The notes beneath the pieces were generated by a model. That model searched no databases and was not told where the DNA came from. It saw only the letters and a list, made by a program, of their open reading frames with translations. A program made the position numbers and the translations under genes. A stretch of DNA of 64,000 nucleotides, taken from Vicugna vicugna (Eukaryota). Shown here in pieces: positions 24,259 to 36,865 of the stretch. The stretch lies in contig MU058337.1 in NCBI GenBank assembly GCA_013265495.1, positions 7,050,716-7,114,715 on the forward strand. Direction: 5' to 3'. The first letter of the stretch is position 1. Every line of letters begins with the position of its first letter.

Positions 24259-24653
24259 AACCTTCAACTCTTGTTAAAAATCATTATAAATAACCATGTT
24301 TTCCTGATGGCTCAATATCTTCTAACACGTCAGGATCTTCTTTGCATATCCAACACAAACTTATAGAGGAAGGAGTTCATTTTAAAAAAAAAAGCGTGAT
24401 TCTAGCTTTTGAGAGCTCAGTGCTAGCCCCAGTTCTGATGTAACATATACACAGTCTCTGCCTCTTTGGGATAAAGTTTCTCTGTGTCTGGAAAATTAGA
24501 AAGTCACACTGGATGTCAAGGAGGCCAAGGTGAGTGACTCCTTCTCCCCAAACTGATTGCCTTATTTTAGCTTTATGCAGTCATTTAAAGGTATACTAGA
24601 AATTAAGTTGACTGAAGGATGATGCCAGAAATGATTTGAAAACATTTCGGTTT

Positions 24654-24796
24654 GGGGGTGTAGGTATAGCTCAGTGGTAGAGCGCATGCTTAGCATGCAT
24701 GAGGTCCTGGGTCCCATCCCCAGTACCTCCCTAAAAAATAAGTAAATAAATAACTAAACAAACCTAATTACCTGCCTCCTCCCCCCATAAAAAAAA
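24654..24796 (+). mobile_element. tRNA-derived SINE (camelid Vic-1-like), sense
   Basis: ggtatagctcagtggtagagcgcatgcttagcatgcatgaggtcctgggt… head, then AT-rich segment, aacctaattacc motif and A tail. Confidence 0.85.
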
Positions 24797-25787
24797 GTTT
24801 TCGTTGGAGACAATCTGCCATTAATTTGGACAGGTGTTGGTGGTTCCACAGTTTCCATTCTGGACCCATGAACTGGCTCAGTTGTTCATCTTGCCGGTTT
24901 GTCATTACAGCATACACCTGGGGAGTTTCCTTTTGTGTGTTTCTGTCCCTTCTTCCCCAGTCATGATGCTTTGTCCCATATTTTATACATTCTCTCCCCC
25001 TCTGAGTACATCTCTACATAATGGTGCATTGAGATGAGCCACATTTATAGAACAAGTTTGTAGTTCCAAAGAGGGTGAATGTTCACTGTCCTTAAAGGGC
25101 ATGCATCACACTGATCTCACCCTCTCCAACACTATTTCACACCTGTGTTCTCGAAATCTGTCTGCTTTTCTAATCAGGATAAGTAATTCAGGGTGTACTG
25201 CTCCCTCTCTGTCCTGCTATAACCCTGAGAAGAATGAACGCCAGCTTTTCTCTGGCCTTCATCCCGCTAAAATCCCTTTGTGACACAACTTCATAATGAA
25301 CATAATCTCTCTGCTGATTGAGAGTTCACATGAGGCTCCAGGCTTGCAGAGATTTTCACTGCTGCTATTGTTAAGTCTGCTGCTCATTTGGGAGGATTTC
25401 TGACGTGAGAGAAAAACCAACGTTCCAGTTAAAGCACACGAGGCCTTTTCTGAAGGAAAAAACATACTGAAATCATCTAAAGAAATGTTGGGCATCAGAG
25501 CTCTGGAAAGGGAAAGGTGCTAGACCTTCTGGGGAAAGCAATGACTTTGGGGCCAAGATTTCTCTGCCCCGCAGACCCGAAGTACTCTGTGCTCCCCCCT
25601 CCTTCTCCTTCTCTGGTCCCCCCGCCGGCCTCCCTCTTACACGTGGGGCGGCCACTCCCTCCTCAGGCACGTTTGAGATGCCAGGCTGTTTCCTCCTGTT
25701 CTTCCACTTGGCCCACACTTCCAAGAACAGTGGGTGAATCTTTTCAAGTCGTCTTCAATTATTTCTTCTCTCTCTCCCCTCTGACAG

Positions 25788-25908
25788 ACTGTGAAGGAGG
25801 AGTCACTTACTCTGCCAGCTGTAAATCCGTTGGTGACACCACAGAAGTCTGGGAACACGCTGGATAGCAGCCTGCACAAGGACCTCTTTGGCGCCATCTC
25901 TGGCATCG
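25788..25908 (+). CDS. DOCK9: DOCK9 exon: TVKEESLTLPAVNPLVTPQKSGNTLDSSLHKDLFGAISGI
   Basis: tgacag| … |gtaatg; 121 nt, phase 0 to 1. Confidence 0.94.
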
Positions 25909-26061
25909 GTAATGCTGGCCACTCTGGTCTGCTGCCCCTAGTCTGATTCTGAGAGTGTCTTTAATCCGACCGTTTGTCAGCTTTCAAACTAGAACTTTGA
26001 AGTCTTGAGCTCCTCCTTCAGATATTCTTTTCCTGATTTTGCTCCTCAACCCTACGCTGAA

Positions 26062-26067
26062 AATAAA
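26062..26067 (+). promoter_or_regulatory. Candidate intronic polyadenylation signal AATAAA
   Basis: about 115 nt after the read-through stop at 25944-25946, followed by U/GU-rich sequence (about 26113-26160). Confidence 0.45.
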
Positions 26068-29000
26068 GATCCGAAGTTCTCAGGAATTCTAGATACAGTA
26101 CACTTAATCACGTATTTGTACTGTTTGCTTTTTGTTTAATGCTTGTGAATTTTTCATTTTAAGTCTTCAAATTGGCTTGTTTATCTTTTAAGAAAAGAAT
26201 GTGTTTGCAGGTGTGTGTGGACAGTAGGGTTTATTTGTAGGGTTCACCATTTAGATGAAATATGATGCAGTAATTCCTGAAGGAGATACTGGTTTATGGC
26301 TAGCATGCAGTCCCGAAAGCAGTTTTCTAAAATCTTCTTTCCTAGAATATTTTTTCAATCTGAAATAACGTTAGAGCAGCCCCCACAGGGAGGAAAACAG
26401 ATGGCATAAATCAAGATTCAAATTGAGTCGTTTTTCCATAAGAAAATGCCTGAGAAATGTACTTATTAATATTCTGACTAATTGAGCCCATGTGCCAGCT
26501 ACTTCATAAAGATAATGGTACAAAAAAATATATATATATATATGTAAATTTTCATAGAATTGTCACAGACGTGCCCAGGCTGACGCTGTCTTCATTTCTC
26601 CCTCTTTAAACCACAGTTTGAATAAATGAAGCATCCTGCTGTGGCTGGTGCTCAGACTACCCAGTAATGGGACTAACTCATAGGGCAGAACAAAGGGCAG
26701 TCCTTTCATCTAAGTAATCTTCAGGACTGTTGTTTGTTCTGAGTTTATGTCCTTGGCTTTTGTGTTGTTCCTGTTGCCTACAAGCTATTTCACACAGGCC
26801 ATGACACTGGCCAGACTATAAAATTGGAAACCCCACCCCAGTGCTCAAATGTATCCTATGACACCAATACCAGTCGTTACCTTACTTATGTCTGTGTGCA
26901 TTTTTCATAGTTATACTTACTTCATTTGGTGTCATAAAGATTAAATGAGTTAATTCATGCAAAATGCAGAGCCCGGCTTGGGTGTTTCTGCTGCCTTTCC
27001 CGTGGGGCCCGGGCCCTGTCTTTGCCTTCCTCTGTCCACACACTGCTCTGGGAGTAGGGAAGGGTTCCCTTCAGAGGGTTGGTCTGCAGCAGTTCACAGC
27101 ACTGGCTTTAAAGTCAGACCAATGTGGCTTTCGATCCAGACTCCACCATTTACAATTACCATGGATAGGATGTTCCTCCTCTTCACCCTGTGTCCACATC
27201 TCAAAAAACAGGGTCATGGTGAGGGATGAAGAGCTAGTTCGATGTGTGCAGTGCTTGGCAGGGTAGATGCTCAGAGTTGTTAAATGACTGCCATTATAAC
27301 AAGCACAGTTCTTCAGCGTTATTCATGCTTTGTGATTTACTCTCAGTAGCCAATTAGATGAGTCGCAGAGCCTAACTCTTAACCTTGTCCTCTCTGACCT
27401 GTATTCTGTAGGATTCCAGACTTTGTGGAAATGATGAAACTAGAATGAGGTGATGTTTTGACCCTGACTTTTTCCTCCAGTTCCACATTCCCCTTATTAG
27501 GGTTTGGGATGCCTTGAGAATGCAGAGACGAGCCATTGGTGTCTTTAGCACAAACTTCAGTTGCTCTGTGTTCATAGTGAAGTTACCAAAAGTACTTGAG
27601 ACTGATTTTGTCCCTTTTCACTCTTTCTTGAATTTCAAGATCTGGATCCGCTTTTCATAGGAATTCACCACAACAGACTTATTTTACTCAGGCTTTATCT
27701 ATGTCTCCCGCCCCTCCCCACCACCTTTAAAGACTTAAATCCTTGTTCCCTTTTAGGAATGCCTTCCTGGGAAGCCCCCGTCTTTGGATTTACTAGTTGT
27801 TTTCTGGTAGCTTTAGCTTTTATTCATCAAGGAATTTCCAGTTAATTTTAGCCCGAGTACTTATCCTTCAAGAGCAGACTTGAGGAAATTCTGTGTCCAC
27901 ACTTACTGAGAATGTACCCTCAGCAGTTTTTTTTTAATGTGTTTGGAACATGGTGCATGAAAATTTCTAAAACTGATTCATTGCCTGAATAATACTCTGA
28001 GATGACATTCACTTTAAAACACGCATATTCTTAGGCCCAAGGTTCCATTTTCCACCTGCTACTCAGTGTATTGCATTTTGCTGTCCTTACAAAGAGAAGA
28101 GAGTTGAACTAAACTTTTCATTTAATTTACAGGTTGTTTGAGGTTTTTAAAAGTAAGGCACTTGGCCAGGATATTAAATACACACACACACACATGGAAC
28201 ATAGTTCTACCGAACATGTTGATTTTGATTTATTGCATTTTCATCTGTTTTCCTCAGATTAGGACTCTTGTTGTGGAATTGATCTTAAAACTGAGAATTT
28301 AAGGTCTAATTTTACTTTACTGAGAACCTCTTTCTCCTGAGCTCTGTGCTCTACATTACATTTGAAGTCCAGTTATATGAGGAGGACAATACTTCTAATC
28401 TGGTCATAATGCACACTTCTTTTTTGAGTGTAGAAGACTTGTGGGCCTTTCGTAGAGTTTTTACATGCTACTTGTGACGGTCTGTCACACAGGTCCTCTT
28501 CTGGGGAGGTGCGGCTGTGTGGTTTACATGTTCCCAGCTTCACTTGCCTTTTCAAATTCTCCTGACTCTTCTTTTTCTTGATACACTTAATACACTGAGT
28601 CGGTTTCAGGGATGGTGGCGGATAATCCTGTGTGTCAGGTAAGGGGAGGGATTAACTTAAAGGTGCCTTAGTCCACGGCAGCTGATGTACAGGCTGAAAC
28701 CTGGAAACGACCTGCCCGGTCTGCAGCGCCAGGTAAAGGCATCTCCAGGGGAGGCAGCGGGGTGTGGGAGGCTGTGCTTATGGCCTCCTGCAGCACATGC
28801 CAAAAGTCTTCCCGTGCGGCGTGCGCCGCCAGCCAGGCCTCTCCGCCAGGGCTGTGCCTTTTGGGTCAGCACAGAATGTACAAGTCTGAGAGTCATTTTT
28901 AATTATGTGATTTATTTAAATCTTATCTAAGCAGGAAGTCAATCTATTACTTTTTCAAAATTCCATAATATTGAGGTAGAGGGTGACTTCTACCTTAAAC

Positions 29001-29073
29001 TGCTGTCTTCTTCACAGATGTCACAAATTTTATTTCCAAGCTTGATTTCCATTCTGCTTGTAACTGTTTATTG

Positions 29074-29609
29074 CAGAGATTCCCAGACATTCTCAGTTTA
29101 GAGCACCCTTACTGTCCCAGAAGTTTTTTTCACAGGGTCCCCAGGCCAAAAGAAACACCCAGTGATTCTGTTTATTAGGTACTTAGGGCCAAATAACTTA
29201 AGAAGTACTTACAGCCTAACAACTTAATAGGCATTTGAAAACTATATACATGAATTTAAAGAAAAAACTTGTATTTTATTTTTAATAACCACAGTTCTTA
29301 CTATGGAATGTGTGTGCCTGTTTGGCGCTGCACAGCTTCTCAAATTTGGAATCAGATTGCTCACCGACATTCTCATTTCCTGTTCCATGTTGATTTTCGC
29401 CCAGTACTTGCTTTTTATCATAGCAACCACCAAATACCCAACTTCACAAAGATACGACATCATGAAAAGGAATGTAGCACAATTTAAGGTTGAAACTACA
29501 GTTTCCAGCAAATGTCAAATATCACTGTGTTTTCCTTGAAAATCTAAACTGTCCCATAACACCCCTCAGAGATTTTAGGGTGCCTCAGCATACCTTTTGA
29601 GGACTGCAG
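29074..29609. mobile_element. hAT-Charlie-type non-autonomous DNA transposon
   Basis: starts cagagattccca, ends tttgaggactgcag; flanked by near-perfect 8-bp TSD gtttattg (29066-29073) / gtttactg (29610-29617). Confidence 0.65.
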
Positions 29610-29969
29610 GTTTACTGCATGGCTTAGTTTTTTTGATTTGATAGTTGTAGATCATTTTATCTTTTCAATTTTTTGAAGTCCTTATTCCATCCTAGTCTGA
29701 AACAGAATTTTCTCCTTTAGTCTGAGCAATCAAAGGTGGTTAATCATAAGTGAATTGATAATTATGTCTGAACATTTCAGATTCAAATTTATTTTTATCT
29801 CACTCTGTATGGCCTGATTATTTAAAGGGAAAGTAATTGAATGCAACTCGAACCAACTTCCTAACAGAAAAGATAAGTGCCATAAAAGCAATTTCTCTTA
29901 AAGTTCAGTACTTACCTCTGTTCTGTTCTGTCTCTCCAAACTTTTGATCTTGGCTTGATTGCTGTTTAG

Positions 29970-30103
29970 CTTCTCCATATACAAACTCAACTCCAAACAT
30001 CAATAGCGTGAGAAATGCTGATTCAAGAGGATCTCTCATAAGCACAGATTCCGGGAACAGCCTTCCAGAAAGGAACAGTGAAAAGAGCAATTCCCTGGAC
30101 AAG
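29970..30103 (+). CDS. DOCK9: DOCK9 exon: ASPYTNSTPNINSVRNADSRGSLISTDSGNSLPERNSEKSNSLDK
   Basis: gtttag| … |gtaatt; 134 nt, phase 1 to 0. Confidence 0.95.
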
Positions 30104-30956
30104 GTAATTTCTTTTCATATAACTTAAGTGTTTCTTATAACTAACGATTTAGCCCGAAGTAGATACGCTTAATGTTCTAGTGTTCATCAAGTGTGACCCT
30201 TTTTTTCCCTTAAATAACTCAGTTAACCTGGGGCAGATGATCAGAGTATTATCTAAGGATGGGCCCATTCCCTGATCCCCCCGATTCCTGTTTCCAGGGT
30301 TTCAGATCAGGGCAGTGTTTACAGTGGAGGACTTAGAGCAAATGGTTCTGGCAATTTGGACAGGTAGGGGAATCAAAATGCCACTCACTCAGAATCGCCC
30401 CTGTCTGTGTGCCAGAGAACACCATTTGTAACACAGTCATCCATGCAGACAGGCATTGGCTCCAAAGCTGACTCCTGAAAAGATTAACTGATCATACAGG
30501 TGATTCAGAGAGGAGGCTTTCCACTCACACTGTGCTCCCAGCCCCAACCTAACACATCCTCCTATTTAACGATTTCTCTTGAAATAACTTGAGACTCGGG
30601 CTATTTGGAAATTCGTGCGAATGGATAAGGCTTGGACTGAAACCTGGAACCATGATAGGTTAGTCTCACCTTGGCTACTGTTTTCCTAAGTTATTTCAAG
30701 TTATAGGCGAACACGTGTACTGACCAACAGGTGACCCACTTGGGGATGTGTCCCTAGTTCTCAGAACCGTGGAAGACATCCTTCCTCGGCATCAGGTTTG
30801 TCACCATACCTTTAGTTTCATGGCTGGCCTTGACGGGAACCTTAGCCGCGGTTCTGCGGAGGCGCGAGCATCTCTGCAGGCACGAGCATCTCCGTACAGG
30901 CGTGTGTCACGATGTGTCCACCTTTTCCCTTGACCCTGACACGCCCACGTGTGTAG

Positions 30957-31160
30957 AGGGAGAAGCTGCTCCGAAGGCACTCGACTTGCGTCCCGCGCGG
31001 TGCGGGAGAGGAGGAGGAGAGCGGCCAGTCGGCCAGGAGACAGCGGGTCACCGTGGACTTCTCGCTGCTGACGCTTCCGCCGCTGCCGGAGGAAGCCGTG
31101 CCCCCCGCACCCCACATCCCGCTGCTACTGGCCCAGAGCTCCCCGGGTGGCTCTGCTGAA
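30957..31160 (+). CDS. DOCK9: Candidate alternative DOCK9 cassette exon (204 nt, 68 aa, CpG-rich)
   Basis: ccctgac…gtgtag| acceptor, GAA|gtgggt donor; phase 0/0 like the host intron; open frame REKLLRRHS…SPGGSAE. Confidence 0.55.
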
Positions 31161-32146
31161 GTGGGTGGGCGAGTCCGCGCATGTGCTCTGCAGTTTTGCC
31201 ACTGATCGCACCTATTATTTCCTCCTGTAGTAAAAGTACTCACGCGTGTTAATTCAAACTCGTTTATTAAATATTTTTTCCAATTGCCCACCCACCAATA
31301 CCTTGAATGAAAGATACTTCTCACTGATCTTTCCACTTTAGTATTTGGCCAAAAAAAAAAAATCCTGATTTCAATTGGAAATACAACTTTGAAGATTTTT
31401 AAATCTCCTGTGTTTTTTAAACAAGATGCGATTCTTGTTTTATTTATTTATTTATTTTTATGTGAACACTTTGAACGTGTGAACCTGCTGTCTAATGGCA
31501 AAACTACCCTCACCCTGCGCCCTGAGCTTTCTGAAGTTTGCGGTGCTGAGCTAAGCTGATGGTGGAGTGACCGCATCTGTTTACGGCTTTACGGTGCTCT
31601 GCTGAGGTGTCACTCCTTATCCCTATACAGCTGCATGTGGTCTTCCCCCAAGGATGCCCCAGGATGTAACTGGACCACAGTGGCTCTGCTTCCGGCTTTA
31701 GTGACTGGTACACAGCAGCACCATGGACTTAATTTGCTGTTTCAGCCACTGACGTGTTCCTGGGGCTGTGCTTGGTTTGGCCCTGTCTTCTGAATCGTCA
31801 TTTCTGTGTTTGATCTCAGCACATAAACTTTTCTGCATGAAGTTTTACTTGGCATTTCAGAACTAAGCCAGTAGCTACAACTGTGGTTATCCAATTTGGA
31901 AGGTCTGGGCCTTCTGGCTTGTCTCAGGAGAGTGTGCAAAGGAGGCAAGACAGACCTTCTGTGGAATAGCCCATGTATATCTGGGAATGATGTGCCTGTA
32001 GTTTGTTGACAAATCATTTATACCTTCTAATTTGTATGATTTGACTCAATTCTAAGAATCTTTCTCTTCCAAGGGAAAAAAGTGAACCTAATTTTGTTTT
32101 ACCTGTAATGAAGGAGAAAAATCACCTGTTTTTTTTTTTTCTTTAG

Positions 32147-32261
32147 CATCAACAGAGTGGCACTTTGGGAAATTCTGTGGTCCGCTGTGACAAACTTGAC
32201 CAGTCTGAGATTAAGAGCCTGCTGATGTGTTTCCTCTACATCTTAAAGAGCATGTCTGATG
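32147..32261 (+). CDS. DOCK9: DOCK9 exon: HQQSGTLGNSVVRCDKLDQSEIKSLLMCFLYILKSMSD
   Basis: poly-T ctttag| … |gtaggt; 115 nt, phase 0 to 1. Confidence 0.95.
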
Positions 32262-35200
32262 GTAGGTCAAAAGGAAGATTCCTGTTTTGCTTTCCTTGTT
32301 TCAGTATTTGGTTTATTTTTTTTAAGTGTAATTGATTGAAAGAATTTAAGGATTTTCTCTGTTGTTTGAAATACATGTTAATTTATTAAATGTAGTAGAA
32401 CTAAGTCTTAATTTGGGAATTTATGTTTATTATTGTATTCTAGAAAATGGGTTCTAAAATGTGAATGGGTCTTTTTAAAAAAATTTATATTAAAACTCAG
32501 ACCTGCCATCTTCAATAAAGGAGACAGAGCAGATAAATGAAGTAGTTTTTTTTTCTTTTAATTTCATTTGTCCAAAAAAACTTACTGGCAATTTGCATAA
32601 CTTTACTAGTCCATGTCTTGAATTCGAGTTTGTAGTGTTGGTGACCCAAGCATCTCTTTATTTAGACTGTGTGTGACGTTCCTGTCTTTAACTGGACGTG
32701 AGGTGTGTTTAGTTTTCTAATGGAAATAGTGGTATCGTGGTTGACTAAGTTTCTGGTTAAGGATTTGACAACCACATTTTTTAACAGAAATGACCACAAC
32801 CATGAATGCTTTGTCAGTACCATGCAGAGCTTGTAAACATCCACGACGGGACAGTTCCCACACTGATCATATGATAGAACCAGTCACGTGAAACTGCTGT
32901 AGGACAGTGTCACAGTCCTTATCTTGGTCAGAGCTCTTCTTACTTTCCCTCTAACAAATTAAAACGTGTTCTATGAGCTTCATTAAGGTAACTGAGTGAA
33001 GATTAACTTTTTTGGAAATAAAGTGCCGTTTTCTGAGACCTGAAGACCCCTTGTCTGGTGGCAGCAGTGTGGGCATTGAACACTCAGGGGAGGTGTTTCT
33101 GCCGCAGAAGGTGTTTCTTTTGTACCAGACTTCCATTTCAGCAGCATTGAGGGTTGGACCTTATGACTTGGGTTAGGAGGAGCATGCCTGTCCTTAAAAT
33201 GCTTCAGGACTGGGGTATTTTATTCTTTTGTCAATTTGTTACTTTAAAATAACTGTTTTCTTTGGGGGGGGAAGGAAACAGACAGGATTTTTTGAGAATG
33301 ATGACCACATACAAGGGGACCAGGGCTCTTATTCTTATGTTTGAGTTATAAAGTTGAAATTTTTCCCACTAAGTCAAAAGTTACACATTTTAATCATGGT
33401 AGTGAGTTTTAGCCAGTATTATAATCCTGTTTTTCCTTTGTTGAGAGTTTTCCTTAAAGTATTTTAAGTTTCAACTATTAAATATGATATGTAACTAGAA
33501 TGTTACTGCTTTAAACAAAAGCTAATATACCAGAAATTTTTCATCCAAGTGAAAGTTATCCTTTAAAGTCAGTCCTTTAGAAGGCCAGGCATGTATTTTA
33601 AAAATGCAACAACCTCTTCAAAGCAATTTTAAAATATCTTTTTTTTCAACTAGTGTAAGGTTATAATTTTTTTCCTTTATAGTTAGAATTTTTGTGTGTG
33701 TCCCATTTAAGAAATCTTAACCTACCTCCAGGGTCGTGAACATACTCTCCTGTATTTTCTTTAAAAAGCTGTCTTATTTAAATTTTCACATTAAATCTTA
33801 TTATCTATCAAGCATTGATTTTTGTGTATTGTATGGAGTAGGGGAGAAATTGCCTTTAGTAGTTTACCAGACAGCCAGACTCAGTCGTGTAACTCAGTAG
33901 CTACATTTTCCTTTATCCCACCTTTAATGAGCACCTCCTACACTCGGGGTCCCTCACTCCCTGCACCTTCCTATGCCTTCTCCCTCCTTTGTAGAAGTTA
34001 CCTGTCTTCCCCATCTCCTCAGCCAAAAGCCAGAGCACAGAGCGAGGGAAGGCCGTGTTGGTGCCGCCCAGCTTGCCAGCAGATTCTGTCTGATGTATGC
34101 TGGTATGGCCACAGATGTTTACAGATGGACCCCAGGCAGCCCTCCAGCATTCACTTGGCTCCCTGGGTTCCCACCACACCAGGATGACCAGCCTCAAGTA
34201 ACCAGTGTCTGTCCCTCTGGATTCTAAACTCAAAGTCCCTGAGAGTTGGAAGCTCTCCAACCCACCCTATGGTCTAAGAGCCAAATGTGGCTTTCAAAAT
34301 CAGGTGCACTTGATTTAACCCCCATTCCACCAGCATCCTCTAGGATGGTATTCGAAAGAGTTTCTTAGCTTCTCTGAGCCTTTATTATTCATTAGTTCAT
34401 CTGTAAATGGGAACTCTGCCCAGATCACAGTAAGGATTCGATGGCAGGATATATGTGAGATCACGAGACCTAGCGCAGTGCCTGGTGTAGCAGACACTTG
34501 GTGTGTATCCCGCAGCTTCTCTTGCCTGCCACATTCCTGACACGTGTAGAACAGAAGCCGTGGCCTTGCATCTTCATCAGCCGCTAGCATCTTTGAGCCA
34601 CCCTCTGTCTTCTCTCAGGCCCCAGAGACTCAGTGTCTTTGAGAGAGATCTCTTCACCCATTTCTCAACTTAAGTGTAAACTAGGAATGCAGAAATGTTT
34701 TTGTCAAATAACCCTCTTTGTGCAGTGCTAAGTGGTTAAGGGTCATGCACAGAATGCTTCCTGTCAGTAAATTTGTAGGATTTGCCTTAACTGAAAATAT
34801 GCCCAGTGGCTCTTGATGAAGAGGGATGGTTCTAACTAATCACCAGTACATTGTACCATCGTGTTGGGAAATTGAAGTTCTCATACACTGCTTGTCTGGA
34901 AGGCTATTTGGCAGTGTCTGTCCAACTTTAAATGCACATACCATCAACATGGCTGTCTCACTTCTAAGAATGTGTCCTATAGATGTAGTTAGTTGGACGA
35001 GTGTGCAGAGACCCACTGAGAAGGATGTTCATGATTCATAACAGCAAAGGATTTGGGGGAAAGCAAGTAAATGTCTAGCAGTAGGGGAGCTGGTTATCTC
35101 AATTATAGTGCATCCAGGGAGAGGAATATTATGCAGCTTCGAAAAGGCTGAGATAGATCCAAGCAATTATATTAGTGAATTAAAACTCAAAGGGCAAAAC

Positions 35201-35653
35201 AGTGTGTGTGGGATGTGTGCTTCCATTTCAGTGTGTGTGTGTGTTTGTGTGTTAGGAGGGTGATACTTGTGTACATGTAAGAATTGTCTGCAGGCTCTCT
35301 GTTGGGGAGGGACACTGTAATGGGTAAAGAGAGGGCCTGACTTGAGACTACTTGCCCACTTGTATTCTTTGAATTTTCCAGTCCATTTAAGAGCACATTA
35401 TGTATCCGTTAAGTAGGTACCGTGTAGGGATAGATGGTGTATGATGAAATTAAAGTGTTCAAATGTAGCATCTTTAAATTAACTAAGCCTGTTGTCCGCG
35501 TTCTCCAGTATAGACTGGGCACTGTGGTCTGTCCTTTGATCAGCTATGAGAGGCGGCAGGGAGGGTTTGGAGGCCTACACTCTGGTCTCTTCCCATCTTA
35601 TAATGTGCAAAATATGCACCATTGTTCTAACCAGATATATGTTTACTTTCTAG

Positions 35654-35720
35654 ACGCTTTGTTTACGTATTGGAACAAGGCTTCAACATCTGAACTTATG
35701 GACTTTTTTACAATATCTGA
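35654..35720 (+). CDS. DOCK9: DOCK9 exon: DALFTYWNKASTSELMDFFTIS(E)
   Basis: ttctag| … |gtgagt; 67 nt, phase 1 to 2. Confidence 0.95.
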
Positions 35721-36741
35721 GTGAGTAGTTTTGTCTTTGCTCATTGACCCTTGATTTTTCCTACCTAATTAAGAAGTGTGACGATACTATGTAGTTGAGC
35801 CACAAACACAGGATACCCACATCCACACTTACTCTTTAAGCTCTCTCTCCTGAACCTGACCCCATCACCTGCTCTCAGAAACTCATGACCCAGTGGGCAG
35901 TGACCAGCATTAAATTATTAGATATGTGATTGTTATACATGAGGGTTTACTACTTATGTGTACAAGCCATTTTAATAAAATAACGAAATTTATTAATGGA
36001 ATTGGGTGGATGCTGCATTTCTAAGTTGAATCTAACTTAAATCAAGCAGATGCAGAGACTGAGAAAAGTTGCCATAATTTAAAAATACATAATGAGTAAA
36101 AGTGAAATCTAAAATATGGCCTATATTATTTTATCTCTATAAAGTTTCCGTTTCCCTTTAAACTTTTTACTTTTAGAAACACAAATCCACAATCTCTTAT
36201 CCAAAACTGATGAGGCCAGGTGATTTTCCAAATGCAAAATATTTTTGATTTTTGAAAATGTTACATAGTGTATTTCACAATTCCCCCAGTTGGTCTCAGG
36301 CAGCACCCCACAATAAAGCACATTATTGTTTCTGCAGTAAGAAATAACTTCTGTGGTCCTATGATTGTTCACAGTAATTGGTTAAATCGTGACCAAGTAG
36401 CTTTATGTCTATTATTTGGGATCATGATTTGTTGCCAAATGTGTTTGCATGAGTTTGGGTGGGAACCCATGGTGTTCCTAGCTTTGTACATTATGAAATT
36501 GCAGTCTTGATTCCTAGTCTCAGGGCCACTTCCTCTGATGAGTTGCAGTTGGGGATTGTCACATGTGAGAAAAAATTCAGCACTAGAAGTACTGACTAGA
36601 CATTATTTTAACTGCCTCTTCTTACATATATACTTTGAAAAATATGAATGTCATGGGTGTAGTAAGATAAAACAAAAAAGCACACACTTGCTGTCTGTGA
36701 GAGACCAGTCCATGTACTTGAATCAAAAGAGAAGCTCCTTA

Positions 36742-36865
36742 GTGCAGAGGGTATAGCTCTAGTGGTAGGGTGCGTGCTTAGCATGCACAAGGTCCTGGGT
36801 TCAGTCCCCCGTACCTCCTCTAAAAATAAATAAGTAAACCTAATTACCTCCCCCTGCCCCCCAAA
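36742..36865 (+). mobile_element. tRNA-derived SINE (camelid Vic-1-like), sense
   Basis: same head and tail as the other two copies; perfect 10-bp TSD aagctcctta at 36732-36741 and 36866-36875. Confidence 0.88.

Noticed and set aside
24654..24730. tRNA gene
   Set aside because: The tRNA-like head continues into a SINE tail and occurs three times with TSDs, so it is a SINE.
30830..31336. ORF-track calls over the CpG island (109 aa +, 104 aa and 164 aa -) as independent genes
   Set aside because: Stop depletion in GC-rich DNA explains them; the phase-compatible cassette frame is a better explanation.
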